Assembly: GCA_963741955.1 (NCBI GenBank)
Contig: CAVUKB010000005.1
Location: 224,001-288,000, forward strand
Reading direction: 5' to 3'
Source: an uncultured Acidobacteriota bacterium
Lineage (GTDB): Bacteria; Acidobacteriota; Thermoanaerobaculia; Gp7-AA8
Length of the DNA: 64,000 bases
Under the pieces are notes generated by a model. That model was given only the letters and a program-made list of their open reading frames with translations, searched no databases and was not told where the DNA came from. This document shows, in pieces, positions 30,797 to 41,431 of this stretch (positions within the stretch are counted from its first letter, which is position 1; every line of letters starts with the position of its first letter). The translations under genes and the position numbers were made by a program.

Positions 30797-31720
30797 GTGG
30801 CAGCGCCACTCGTCGCCGAGCATCTTACAAAAGTCTTCGGCCACCGGAAGGTCGTCGATTCAGTTTCCCTCGAGCTTCGAGACGGGGAAGTCTTCGGATT
30901 TCTCGGCCCGAACGGCGCCGGGAAAACGACCACCATCCGGATGATGGTCGGCCTGATCCGTCCGACTGCAGGATCCGTGACGATCTGCGGCCACGATCTC
31001 GACCGCGAATTCGAAGCGGCGATGCGCTGCATCGGCTGCATCGTGGAGACTCCGGACCTCTACCGGTTCATGACCGGCCGGGAAAACCTCGAGCATTTCT
31101 CCCGAATGCTCGGACCGGTGGACCGCAACCGTATCGAAGAGCTGGCCGGGCTCGTCGCGCTCGCCCACCGTCTCGATGACAAGGTTCGCACCTATTCGCT
31201 GGGTATGCGGCAAAGGCTCGGCATCGCCCAGGCCCTTCTCGGGAACCCGCGGGTGCTGATCCTCGACGAGCCGGCGAACGGTCTCGATCCGGCAGGAATC
31301 CGCGAGATCCGCTCGCTCCTGCGGATGCTCGCAAAAGAACGAGGACTGGCGATTCTCGTTTCCAGTCACCTCCTCGCGGAGATCGAGCTGATGTGCGACA
31401 GGGTGGCGATCATCCATCGGGGCCGGATCCTCACCACCGGCACGGTCGCCGAAATGCTCCGCGGCGAGAATGGCACGGATATCCTCGTCGACGACTCGGA
31501 TCGTGCCGCGTCGATCCTGCAGTCGCTGGTACACGCGGCAAAGATCGAGAACGGACGCCTCCGTCTGGACGTCCCGCCCGACGCGGTTCCGGAAATCCTC
31601 AAGAGCCTTTCCAATGCCGGTGTCCGGGTCTTTGAAGCCCGACCGGTGGAACAGACGCTCGAAGAACGATTCCTCGCCGCGACCAGCGGGCAGACTGTGG
31701 TCGACTGGAGTGCCGAATGA
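30797..31720 (+). CDS. ABC transporter ATP-binding protein (BcrA/YhcH-like)
   Basis: GTG start with an AGGAG RBS. GPNGAGKT, YSLGMRQR, LDEP and SSH. Confidence 0.92.
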   Translation: MAAPLVAEHLTKVFGHRKVVDSVSLELRDGEVFGFLGPNGAGKTTTIRMMVGLIRPTAGSVTICGHDLDREFEAAMRCIGCIVETPDLYRFMTGRENLEHFSRMLGPVDRNRIEELAGLVALAHRLDDKVRTYSLGMRQRLGIAQALLGNPRVLILDEPANGLDPAGIREIRSLLRMLAKERGLAILVSSHLLAEIELMCDRVAIIHRGRILTTGTVAEMLRGENGTDILVDDSDRAASILQSLVHAAKIENGRLRLDVPPDAVPEILKSLSNAGVRVFEARPVEQTLEERFLAATSGQTVVDWSAE

Positions 31721-32694
31721 GAATGCCCGGACTGATCGAGAACGAGACGCTGAAACTCCTGCGCCGGAGGCGCTTCGCGATCGTGATCGGAATTCTGATG
31801 GCGATCCTGTCGGTGGTCTCGTACGCGGAGTACCGCCAGCTCGCCCGGCACGCCGACCGCGACTGGCGCGTCGAGACGCAGCAGCACATCGCGCGCTACC
31901 AGAACGTCATCCGTCGCGCGCGTGTGAATCCTTCCTGGGAACGTTCGCTCCGCGCGGAGATCGCCCGTCTCCAGTATTATCTCGACCACGACATCCCTCC
32001 CGACCGTCCGACCGCGCCGTTCTTCGTCCGGCAGTTCGCAAACGTGGCCGGCTATGTTCTTCTCCCGCTCCTGATCGCGGTTCTCGGGAGTGACATCGTG
32101 TCGGCGGAGAACAGCGAGGGAACGGACAAGCTGCTGCTGACGCGTCCACTCCGGCGGTGGAAGATCCTCACCTCGAAGGTCGGAGCCCTCTTTCTCTTCT
32201 CCACTCTCACCCTCGTCTGCGGAGGAGTGCTCGCCACGGTGATCGGTTCGATCGCGCTCGAGCCACGCGGGTGGAGCGCTCCCGTATTCATCGGGTTCTG
32301 GGGAGGGGGAGCGAAGCTCGACGTGGCGACGGTGAGACAGATTCCGCTCTGGCTCGACATCGTTCTCGCGTACGGCCTCGAGTGGTTCGCGCTCCTCTGC
32401 GTCGCATCGGTCGCGCTGCTCCTTTCGGTTCTCTTCCGCTCGGGCGCGGCCTCGATCGGAACCATGCTCGCCACCCTGATCGGCGGCACGATTCTCACCC
32501 GGGTGAGTCCGGACTGGGTGGCGGGAAAGTACCTCTTCGTGAGTGCACTTCCTCTCGCAGCCTACTTCGGCGGAGAGCCGCCTCCGTACGACGGCATGAG
32601 TCTCGCGTTCTGTGTGAGTCTGCTCGGAGGATGGGCGGTGGTGACGCTCGCCCTCGCATATTTCGTCTTCACCCGGAGGGACGTCCTTGGCTGA
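31717..32694 (+). CDS. ABC-2 type permease
   Basis: 4-bp overlap with the ATPase. ENSEGTDKLLLTRP...KILTSK and C-terminal FTRRDV. Confidence 0.9.
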   Translation: MRMPGLIENETLKLLRRRRFAIVIGILMAILSVVSYAEYRQLARHADRDWRVETQQHIARYQNVIRRARVNPSWERSLRAEIARLQYYLDHDIPPDRPTAPFFVRQFANVAGYVLLPLLIAVLGSDIVSAENSEGTDKLLLTRPLRRWKILTSKVGALFLFSTLTLVCGGVLATVIGSIALEPRGWSAPVFIGFWGGGAKLDVATVRQIPLWLDIVLAYGLEWFALLCVASVALLLSVLFRSGAASIGTMLATLIGGTILTRVSPDWVAGKYLFVSALPLAAYFGGEPPPYDGMSLAFCVSLLGGWAVVTLALAYFVFTRRDVLG

Positions 32695-33259
32695 CAATTA
32701 CCGATTTCTGGCCCTCACTCTCCTCGTCTCCGTCGCCGTGGCATGCAGCCCTCAGGAGAAGACTCCTCCTCCCCACCCGACACGCGAGGCGATCGATTTC
32801 CAGCGTGTGAACGTGGACAAAGCACCGATACACGCCGCGCCCGACGCGGCATCTCCGGTGATCGACCACTATCCTGCCGGAGAGACGGTGAGCATCCTTT
32901 CGGTTCGAGGCGGATGGGCGGAGGTCCGGCTGGGCCGCGGCGGTTCGGGATGGATTCTCCGCGACCAGATGGGAGAGCAGGTGAAAACGAGTGAGGAGAG
33001 CTCGACCCCACAGTCGGTCCGTTTTCGCGTCCTCCCTCAACCGGTGTTCGCGCAGAGCGAAGTCCATGGCGACATCGTGCTCGAGGCCCACGTCAACGAG
33101 CAGGGGAATGTGTACGAGGTTCACGTGGTGAGCGACTCCACCGGATCGCCGGCGCTGGTCGACCAGAATATGAAGGAGCTCCGGGCGGCGAAGTTCTATC
33201 CGATGCGGGTCAACGGACGGGCGAAACCGTTCATCTACGAGCACACCGTCCATTACTGA
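32687..33259 (+). CDS. Lipoprotein with SH3b-like and TonB C-terminal-like domains
   Basis: Lipobox AVAC. GGWAEVR...GWI (SH3b). GDIVLEAHVNEQGNV...FYPMRVNG (TonB-C). Confidence 0.75.
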   Translation: MADNYRFLALTLLVSVAVACSPQEKTPPPHPTREAIDFQRVNVDKAPIHAAPDAASPVIDHYPAGETVSILSVRGGWAEVRLGRGGSGWILRDQMGEQVKTSEESSTPQSVRFRVLPQPVFAQSEVHGDIVLEAHVNEQGNVYEVHVVSDSTGSPALVDQNMKELRAAKFYPMRVNGRAKPFIYEHTVHY

Positions 33260-33452
33260 GATGCCCCCGCAACCGGTGCGGCGGAACCTCGACCGGATGG
33301 AAGCCTTCGCGCCGGAGAGGGTGTAAGAGAAGTCCGGGCTGGGGAATGAATCCATCTTCCCAGCGTTAGGAAGGCAGGCTCCCGGCAAACCCCGAGTACA
33401 CGAGCATCCCCCGCCCGAAACCGCGCTGGAGCCCCCGGAAGAGAATCGAACC

Positions 33453-35378
33453 ATGCCGTTTCGCCATGACATCCGCAACGTCGCGATCATCGCGCACGTC
33501 GATCACGGAAAGACCACGCTCGTCGACGCTCTGCTCAAGCAGAACGGCGCGATCCGCGCCAGCGCCAACGTCGAAGAGCGGATCATGGACTCCAATGATC
33601 TCGAGCGAGAGCGCGGGATCACCATTCTTTCCAAGAACACATCCGTTCGATACCAGGTCGACGCGGTGGACGCGCTCGGCCATCCGGTGCACCACGAAAC
33701 GGTCTCGACCCAGGAAGGGCATGCCCTCCCCGGCAACTTCGTCCATCCGGAAGAAGTGAAGATCAACATCGTCGACACACCGGGGCACGCCGATTTCGGC
33801 GGCGAGGTGGAGCGCGTTCTCTCGATGGTGGACGGAGTGATCCTGCTGGTCGACGCGGCGGAAGGACCGATGCCGCAGACCCGCTTCGTCCTTCGCAAAG
33901 CGCTCGTGCTCGGTCTTCTCCCGATCGTGGTGATCAACAAGATCGACCGCTCGGATGCACGCCCGCAGGAAGTGTTGAACGAAGTATTCGACCTGATGAT
34001 CGAGCTGGGCGCCTCCGACGAGCAACTCGACTTCCCCACCCTCTACGCCTCCGGCCGGGCGGGATACGTGCGACTCGATCCCGACGACGGAAACGAAGAC
34101 GTCCGGCCACTCCTCGACACGGTACTCAAGCGCATTCCCCCGCCGCGCGGGAACTCCTCTTCGAACCTGAAGCTGCTGATCAGCTCCATCGACTACAACG
34201 AGTACGTCGGGCGCCTCGGCATCGGCCGCATTCTCGAGGGAACGATCCGTCACAATGACGACGTGAGCCTGATTCTGCGTGATGGTGCGATCCGGAAGGG
34301 ACGGGTGGCGAAACTCACCGTCTTCGAAGGACTCAAGCGCGAAGAGGTCGAATCGGCGTCGGCCGGTGAGATCGTCGCCATCGCCGGTTTCGCCGACGTC
34401 GAGATCGGCGAGACGATCTCCAGTGCGACGAATCCGGAACGGATCGATCCGATCGCGATCGACGAGCCGACGGTCTCGATCTCGTGGATCGTCAACGACT
34501 CACCTTTCGCCGGCACCGAGGGAAAGTTCGTCACCTCGCGCCATCTGCGCGATCGTCTCGAACGAGAGACCCGCAAAGACGTCGCCCTGCGAGTCGGTGC
34601 GTCCGACTCAGCGGACCGGTTCGAGGTCAGCGGCCGCGGCGAGCTTCACCTGTCCATCCTCGCGGAGAACATGCGTCGCGAGGGATACGAGTTCGCGCTC
34701 TCTCGTCCTCAGGTGATCACGAAGATGGTCGAGGGGAAGCTGCACGAACCGTACGAAGCGGTCGTGGTCGACATCGAAGAGCAGCACCTCGGCGCGGTGA
34801 TGGAAAAACTCCAGGCCCGCCGCGGAGAGATGAGCGATATGGAGAACCCCGGTACCGGCCGGGTACGGGTGGAGTTCAAGGTACCGACCCGCGGCCTGTT
34901 CGGATTCCGCACCGAGTTCCTCACCGACACTCGCGGAACCGGGCTGATTTATCACACCTTCCTGGAGTACGGTCCTTTCAAGGGAGAGATCTCGACCCGT
35001 GGCCGTGGCGCGCTGGTCGCGAAAGAGGGCGGTGAAACGACCGCCTACGCTCTCGAACAGCTGCAGGAGCGCTCCACACTCTTCGTTCCTCCCGGGGTGA
35101 AAGTGTATGGCGGTCAAGTCGTCGGCGAGAACTCGCGCGACGTCGACATGGTCGTGCAGGCCTGTCGCAAGAAGCACCTCACGAACATGCGGGCATCCAC
35201 TTCCGACCTCGCAGTCCAGTTGGAGCCCCCTCGCATCATGACGCTCGAGCAGTGCCTCGAGTGGATCGATGACGATGAACTGCTCGAGGTGACTCCCGAA
35301 TCGATCCGGATCCGAAAGAAGATTCTCGACCACTCGCAGCGGAAAACGGCGTCGAAGAAGGTCCAGGAACTGGCCTGA
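33453..35378 (+). CDS. typA: Translational GTPase TypA/BipA
   Basis: [36 protein letters not shown] and KHLTNMRA. Confidence 0.96.
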   Translation: MPFRHDIRNVAIIAHVDHGKTTLVDALLKQNGAIRASANVEERIMDSNDLERERGITILSKNTSVRYQVDAVDALGHPVHHETVSTQEGHALPGNFVHPEEVKINIVDTPGHADFGGEVERVLSMVDGVILLVDAAEGPMPQTRFVLRKALVLGLLPIVVINKIDRSDARPQEVLNEVFDLMIELGASDEQLDFPTLYASGRAGYVRLDPDDGNEDVRPLLDTVLKRIPPPRGNSSSNLKLLISSIDYNEYVGRLGIGRILEGTIRHNDDVSLILRDGAIRKGRVAKLTVFEGLKREEVESASAGEIVAIAGFADVEIGETISSATNPERIDPIAIDEPTVSISWIVNDSPFAGTEGKFVTSRHLRDRLERETRKDVALRVGASDSADRFEVSGRGELHLSILAENMRREGYEFALSRPQVITKMVEGKLHEPYEAVVVDIEEQHLGAVMEKLQARRGEMSDMENPGTGRVRVEFKVPTRGLFGFRTEFLTDTRGTGLIYHTFLEYGPFKGEISTRGRGALVAKEGGETTAYALEQLQERSTLFVPPGVKVYGGQVVGENSRDVDMVVQACRKKHLTNMRASTSDLAVQLEPPRIMTLEQCLEWIDDDELLEVTPESIRIRKKILDHSQRKTASKKVQELA

Positions 35379-35425
35379 GCGCCGGACGTCGCCGTCGGGC
35401 TCTTCTGTTGACCCGCCGGCGTGGG

Positions 35426-38400
35426 TCAGTTCCCCGGCCTGCTGCCCTTCCGCCTCAGGAGGTTCTCCAGATCGGCCGCAGGGACCGGACGACTGAAGAG
35501 GTACCCCTGCATCTGGCGGCAGCGCTCGGCACGAAGAAACTCGCGCTGTTCGTCGGTCTCGACGCCTTCGGCGATCACCTCGAGCTGCAGTCCTCGAGCG
35601 ATCATGCAGATCGCACCGACCATCGCCGCGCCCACCGGAGAATGAATCTCCCGGAGGAAGATCTGATTCACCTTCACCGCATCGAGCGGGAACCGTTTCA
35701 GGAACTGCAGCGACGATTGGCCGGTGCCGAAATCGTCGATGGCGATCCGGACTCCGAGCTCTCGAAGCTGGTTCAGTGACGAGACCGTCCACTCCGGATT
35801 CTGCATCGCCGTCTCTTCCGTGATCTCCACCTCGAGGAAGCGCGGGGGGAGCCCCGTCTCGGCGAGGATCGCCGCGATCGACGGGACGAGTCCCCTCTGG
35901 TGGAATTGTCGCGCCGAAAGGTTCACCGCGATCCGGAGCTCCGACCATCCCGCCTTCTGCCATTTGCTCGTCTGCATGCACGCAGTCCGCAGCACGGATT
36001 CTCCGATTGCATGGATGATTCTCGCGTCCTCCGCCACGCCGAGGAAGTATTCGGGCTCGAGCAGGCCCTTCTCCGGATGATTCCACCGCACCAGAGCTTC
36101 GTTCCCCAGGATCTCGCCCGACTCGACGTCGAATCGCGGCTGATAGAAGACCGCGAACTCGTTCCGCTCGATCCCCCGGCGGAGACTCCGCTCGATGGAG
36201 AGGCGTTCCAGGGTTCGAACGTTGAGCGAAGGCGTGCAGAGCTGAAAGTTGTTCCGGCCGAGCTCCTTGGCGCGATACATCGCGTTGTCCGCGTTCTTCA
36301 GCAGCGTCTCCGCATCTTCACCGTCGGCCGGAAACAAGGCCACTCCGATGCTCGTCGTCGCGTGCAGTTCGTGGTTGTCGACGAAGATCGGCCGGGAGAT
36401 GGTCTCCAGCAGCTTCTGCGCGATGGCGGCGGCGTGATGGTCATCCCGCAGATCCGAGAGGAGGACGGTGAACTCGTCGCCTCCCATTCTCGCCACGGTG
36501 TCCTGCTCACGAAGAGCCCCTTTGAGGCAAGTCGCGACTTCCTGGAGGAAATGGTCTCCGACGCTGTGGCCGAACGTGTCGTTGATGTCCTTGAACTTGT
36601 CGAGATCGAGGAACATCACCGCCACTCGCGTGCCGAGACGCCGCGTATGCCGGAGGGCGACGGTCAGCCGGTCGCGAAACAGAAGCCGGTTCGGCAGTCC
36701 GGTGAGCGAATCGTGGTACGCCTGGTGCTCGATCTTTTCTTCGTCGAGCTTGCGTTGCGTGATGTCGCGCGAGACGGAGATGATCTCCTGAACCTCTCCA
36801 CTCTCGGGATGCCGGAGGGCCCGACTGGTGCTCTCGAACCAGACCCAGTCGCCGCTCTTCCTCCGGATCCGGCAGGTGAACGTCTTCGGCCGCTGTTCCG
36901 TTCGGATCATCTCCTTCGCCGCACGGACAGAGTCGAGATCCTCCGGGTGGACCAGCTCCGTGTCGTCCTTCCCGACCAGCTCTCCCGGCTCGTATCCAAG
37001 AAGAGGTTTCGAGGCTGGTGAGACATAGAGATACATCCCGTCCGGAGTCTGGCGGGAGATCATGTCCGTCGAGTACTCCGCCATCATCCGGTAGCGTTCT
37101 TCGCTCTCGCGCTGTTTCTCTTCCGCCCTCTTTCGATCGGAGATGTCGATCAGAGTTCCTTCCATCACATCGGGCTCTTCGCCGGCTCCCCGCAGGAGGC
37201 TGACGCTCTCCATCACCCACACCGGCGATCCGTCCTTCCGGCGGTAGCAGGCCTCGAGATTGGTCAACGATCCCCGTTCGACCAGCGCTCGAATCATCTC
37301 CTCGCGCTCGAGGTCGTCGAAGTAAACGTCGTCCGCCGAATGTTCGATGAAGTCTTCGATCGACGCGTAGCCGAAGATCCGGGCGCACGCCTCGTTGCAG
37401 TCGAGGATCTCACCACGCAGCGAGGTCCGGAACACGCCGGCGAGATTTCTCTCGAACAGCTGTCGCCAACGGGCCTCCGAGATCCGGAGGGCTGCTTCGG
37501 AGTGCTGCCGCGAGATGGCCGCGGCAAGAGTCTCGGCCGCAGTCCGCAGCGCGTCGGTCTCGGTCGATGCCCATTGCCTCTCCTCGAGGCAGTCGTCGAA
37601 TCCGATGAATCCCCACAGGTCGGACCCGACGAAGACTGGAACCACCGCAACGGAACGGATCTCCTGCGGCTCGAGGAGTCTCCTCTCGGACGTCGGAAAA
37701 TCGCGAACCCGTCCGTCGACGATCTTTCCGCGGGAAAGAAGATCGACCCATCGCGGGAAGTCTCTCGCCAGCGGAAGATTCTGCAGCGCGGGATTGGCGA
37801 TCTGCGCGCTGATCCCTTCAGCGGTCCATTCGTGAGTCTGGGAGAAGACGAAGTCAGCCACGGGGCCGACGCGCTCGAACACGTACACCCGCGACGCGGA
37901 CGCAGCCCGTCCGAGATGCATCAGCACCTCGTCGATCCTCTCGCGCCAGTCGCTGACCAGCAGAAAGTGCTCGGCAGCAATACTGACCGCTTCGAGAATC
38001 GCATCCTTCTTCCGGATCACTTCCTCGGCGCGCACCCGATCAGTCACGTCGCGGAAGCTCCAGACCCGCCCCACCGGACGACCGTCGAGTCTCTGTGCGC
38101 GCGAGAGGCGTTCGAACGTCCTCCCGTCGCGAAAATGAACCACGTCGAAACTATCCGCCTCCGGATCGTCGTACAGTCTTCGGATCGGCGCTACGAAGAG
38201 CTCCGGCTCGGCGAGCTCCCCGAGGACGCTTTCCATCACTTCCGATGCGGGTCGAGAGGCGAGATTCCCTTCGACGCGCCACATCTCGACGAACTGCTGG
38301 TTCCACAAGACCACTCGTCCGGCCGCGTCTACGACGAGAATTCCGTCCGCCGTCGACTCGAGTGTCGACTGGAGGAGGGAAACCGTCCGGCGGTAATCCT

Positions 38401-39539
38401 CCTCGGCTGCGGTACGTCCCGAGATGTCGCGGACGATCACCAGTGCGGCAGTCGATCCCTGATGCTGGAACGGGATCGCGGCCGCTTCCACGGGAAGCAT
38501 GTTGCCGTCGACGCGCAAGACGGTGCGCTCTCCGAGCGGCACACGCTTCCCCGCGATCACCTTCTCGACCAGCTCGGCCACGTTCGCCCGTTGCTCGGGA
38601 ACGACGAACTCGACGATGTCTCGCCCGAGGATCTCCTCGGCGCTCTTCGCACCGAGCATCGCCACACCCGATTCGTTGATGAACTCAGCTTTACCTTTGG
38701 CGATGATCGCGATGAGATCCGGCGAGAGATCCACCAGCCTCCGGTAGCGGTCTTTCGCTCTCGCGAAGGGCGAGCTCGACGCGGCGCCCTTCCGTCACGT
38801 CCCTCACGAGCACGAGGCGCGCGCGCCGACCATGAAACTCCATCTCGTACGCGACCGTCTCTGCCTCCAGAAGAGTGCCGTCCTTCTTCCGGTGAATCCA
38901 GATACCGGTTCGGGCGACTTCGGGCGAGACGCTTTGAACGTGCTGCTTCAGGCGCGGGACCTCACTCTCGGGACGGATCTGCTCGGTCGACATCCCGAGA
39001 AAGTCGTCTTTGGAGTAACCGTAATGTTCCACCGCGGCGCGATTCACGGCGAGGAAGCGAAGCGTCTCGATCTCGTAGATCCACATCGGCAGCGGGCCGT
39101 ACTCGAACACATCCTGGTAAGTCGCGTCGAGATGTGGCTCGCGCGCGGAACGGAGCGGCTCGGTCACGATCAGCGCACCGAACTTCTGCCCCGCGTCGTC
39201 GTCGAGCGGCGCCTTCCTCGCCCGGATCGGAATCAGATCCCCGCCCCTCGATCGCGCCATCACATCTGCGAACGAGCCCTCCGAACCGGAGAGTCCGAGA
39301 TCGGACTGGAGGAGCGAACGAAGAGGCGACGCGACCAGCTCTTCTTCCCCGTAACCGAGTCGCGCCGCAAGCCCGGGACTGATGTATCGAATCGTTCCTT
39401 CCGGATCGGTGAAGACGACTCCGCCATCCGTACGGATCCCGGCCCCACCGGATGCACCGGAAGAGGTGCGCTTCCCTCTGATGGTCACCGATCCGGACAC
39501 CTGCGGCTCCGCCCCCTTCGAGCTCCTTCCGTGAATCAC
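35426..39539 (-). pseudogene. Multi-PAS/GAF/GGDEF/EAL c-di-GMP enzyme split by a single +1 frameshift (or sequence error)
   Basis: ORFs 38691-39539 (PAS) and 35426-38734 join if one A is removed near 38753-38755, giving ESEDRYRRLVDLSPD. GGDEF, EAL and DDFGTG are intact. Confidence 0.85.
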
Positions 39540-39669
39540 TCGAACCGCTGATACACGGGACTGTTCGACGTGTACGGATCATATCCCATTTCGTCGCGCA
39601 GGCAGGCCCGACGGCGCGACAGCGGCATCCCCGGCACTTCGGTTGCAGCACTCTGCGCAGGAGCGATCG

Positions 39670-40050
39670 ATGAGCAAAGACGACCCGAAAGAACGGCCGA
39701 AGGAGCCGCAGAGTTACGGAAGCAGGAAGGAGTGGAAAGAGGGAAAGACCGGAGAGGACGTACCACCCCCGGTCGCGCCCGACGATCGCGCAGAGGCGAA
39801 GCGCGAAGGATGGGATCAGGAATCGCAGTACAACCGCTGGTCCAGGCGCAGCGAGATCGTCGGTGAGGAGATCGGAACCGTCAGTTCCCCCGGAAACCTC
39901 GACGCGTACGACAGAGATCCGCAGTTCGACGATTCGTCCGTTGCACCGGTAGTGGGCACGGCGCGAAAGAACATTCCGGCGAATCTCCCCCAGTCCCGCC
40001 GGGATGGGTATTTCAAGACCCGCGACTATCCGGATAACGAGCGGAAGTAG
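39670..40050 (+). CDS. Hypothetical hydrophilic/disordered protein
   Basis: AGGAG RBS and ATG start, 126 aa, high-GC codon pattern. Confidence 0.65.
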   Translation: MSKDDPKERPKEPQSYGSRKEWKEGKTGEDVPPPVAPDDRAEAKREGWDQESQYNRWSRRSEIVGEEIGTVSSPGNLDAYDRDPQFDDSSVAPVVGTARKNIPANLPQSRRDGYFKTRDYPDNERK

Positions 40051-40210
40051 AGCGAACCACTCGGGGAGTCCCTTCGAGGGCGACGGCTCCGAGGAAACGT
40101 TCTGCAAAGACGCGCTAGGCGCGCATAATATTCTGTATAATAGGCTTGTAACAGAATAATATTCTCAGCTAGCGGCCTGTCGAAGAAGAAATGCGATCGA
40201 ACCGCTGCGC

Positions 40211-41332
40211 TCACCAGCCGCGCACGGGACGCCACTCGCCCACGAGCTCGCCGCCCGCGATCACGTGGTAGGCATCGAAGAGCGCGGCGGTGAGACAGGA
40301 GTGGTTCGGCACGATCCGCAGCCGGGTCCCGATCGGGTAGAGGTCGAAGTCGATCGGCCGCGTTCCCCGGATCTGCCCATGCTCCTGCGACAGCGAGAAG
40401 AGTCGCATCGGCAAGGGGCGAAGATTCGTATCCGCAACGATGCCGTATCCGAACTCGGGATCGAGCTCCAACGGTCCCGGATCCTTCGACATCGCCACCG
40501 CTCCGGCATCGACCACCAGCTTGTTCTGACCCGGATACGTACCGATGACGGTAGTCAGGACCGACGCGGCGCAATCGTCGAGAGTGCACGATCCGATGGT
40601 GGCCTGAAACGCATCGAAGAAGACGTAGTTCCCGGGGCGAACCTCGTCCGTGTTTTCGAATCGCGGAACGACCGACATGGTCGGCGTCGATCCAACGCTG
40701 CGCGTCACTCCTTCGACCCCTTCATCGCGCAGCCTGGAGGCGAAGCGAGTGACGCATTCCCCTTCTTCGCGCGCAATCTCGCGGATCTCGTCGGTCGAGC
40801 GCGCGTGGTACGAGTGTCCCGCGTGAGTGAGGACGCCCCGAAAACGCACCGCGGGTGACGCGGCGATCCGCTTCCCGAAAGCGATCGCTTCGTCTCCTTC
40901 CGCATCGATTCCCGTTCGATGGTCACCACAGTCGAGCTCCAGAAAAGCGTCGAACAGAGTCTTCTGAGCGGACGCGAACTCCTCGATCGCGTAAAGCACG
41001 GAAGGATCGTCCAGAAGAATCGAGACTCGCTCGACTCTTCCTGCGAGCGACGCGACGCGTCCGAGCTTCTCCGGCGCAATCGGCACCGCATACGTGATGT
41101 CGCGAAATCCGGCAGCGGCGAAGAAATCCGCCTCGGCGAGAGTCGAAACGGTGATCGGTCCGATTCCGCCGCCGTGCTGCATCCGCCCGATCTCGATCGT
41201 CTTGTGCGTCTTCACGTGAGGGCGGAAGACGACGTTGGAGCGGCTCGCCTTCTCGCGCATGGTCCGGCAGTTCCGTTCGACGCGATCACGGTCGACGAGA
41301 AAAGCCGGGGTCTGAAGATCCGAGAGCGTCAT
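40211..41332 (-). CDS. PLP-dependent fold-III enzyme (D-threonine aldolase/D-serine dehydratase family)
   Basis: TPAFLVD, RPHVKTHK, GSTPT, RPGNYVFFD, SQEHG and PNHSC. Confidence 0.9.
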   Translation of the reverse strand: MTLSDLQTPAFLVDRDRVERNCRTMREKASRSNVVFRPHVKTHKTIEIGRMQHGGGIGPITVSTLAEADFFAAAGFRDITYAVPIAPEKLGRVASLAGRVERVSILLDDPSVLYAIEEFASAQKTLFDAFLELDCGDHRTGIDAEGDEAIAFGKRIAASPAVRFRGVLTHAGHSYHARSTDEIREIAREEGECVTRFASRLRDEGVEGVTRSVGSTPTMSVVPRFENTDEVRPGNYVFFDAFQATIGSCTLDDCAASVLTTVIGTYPGQNKLVVDAGAVAMSKDPGPLELDPEFGYGIVADTNLRPLPMRLFSLSQEHGQIRGTRPIDFDLYPIGTRLRIVPNHSCLTAALFDAYHVIAGGELVGEWRPVRGW

Positions 41333-41431
41333 TACGAAAAGGTATCACGGCCAATCGGCACTGTAGTCGGAAAGCTGCACGCCAAATCGTGGCAGGCTTG
41401 ACACCACCGGGGAATCCGGCAGACTCCCCTC

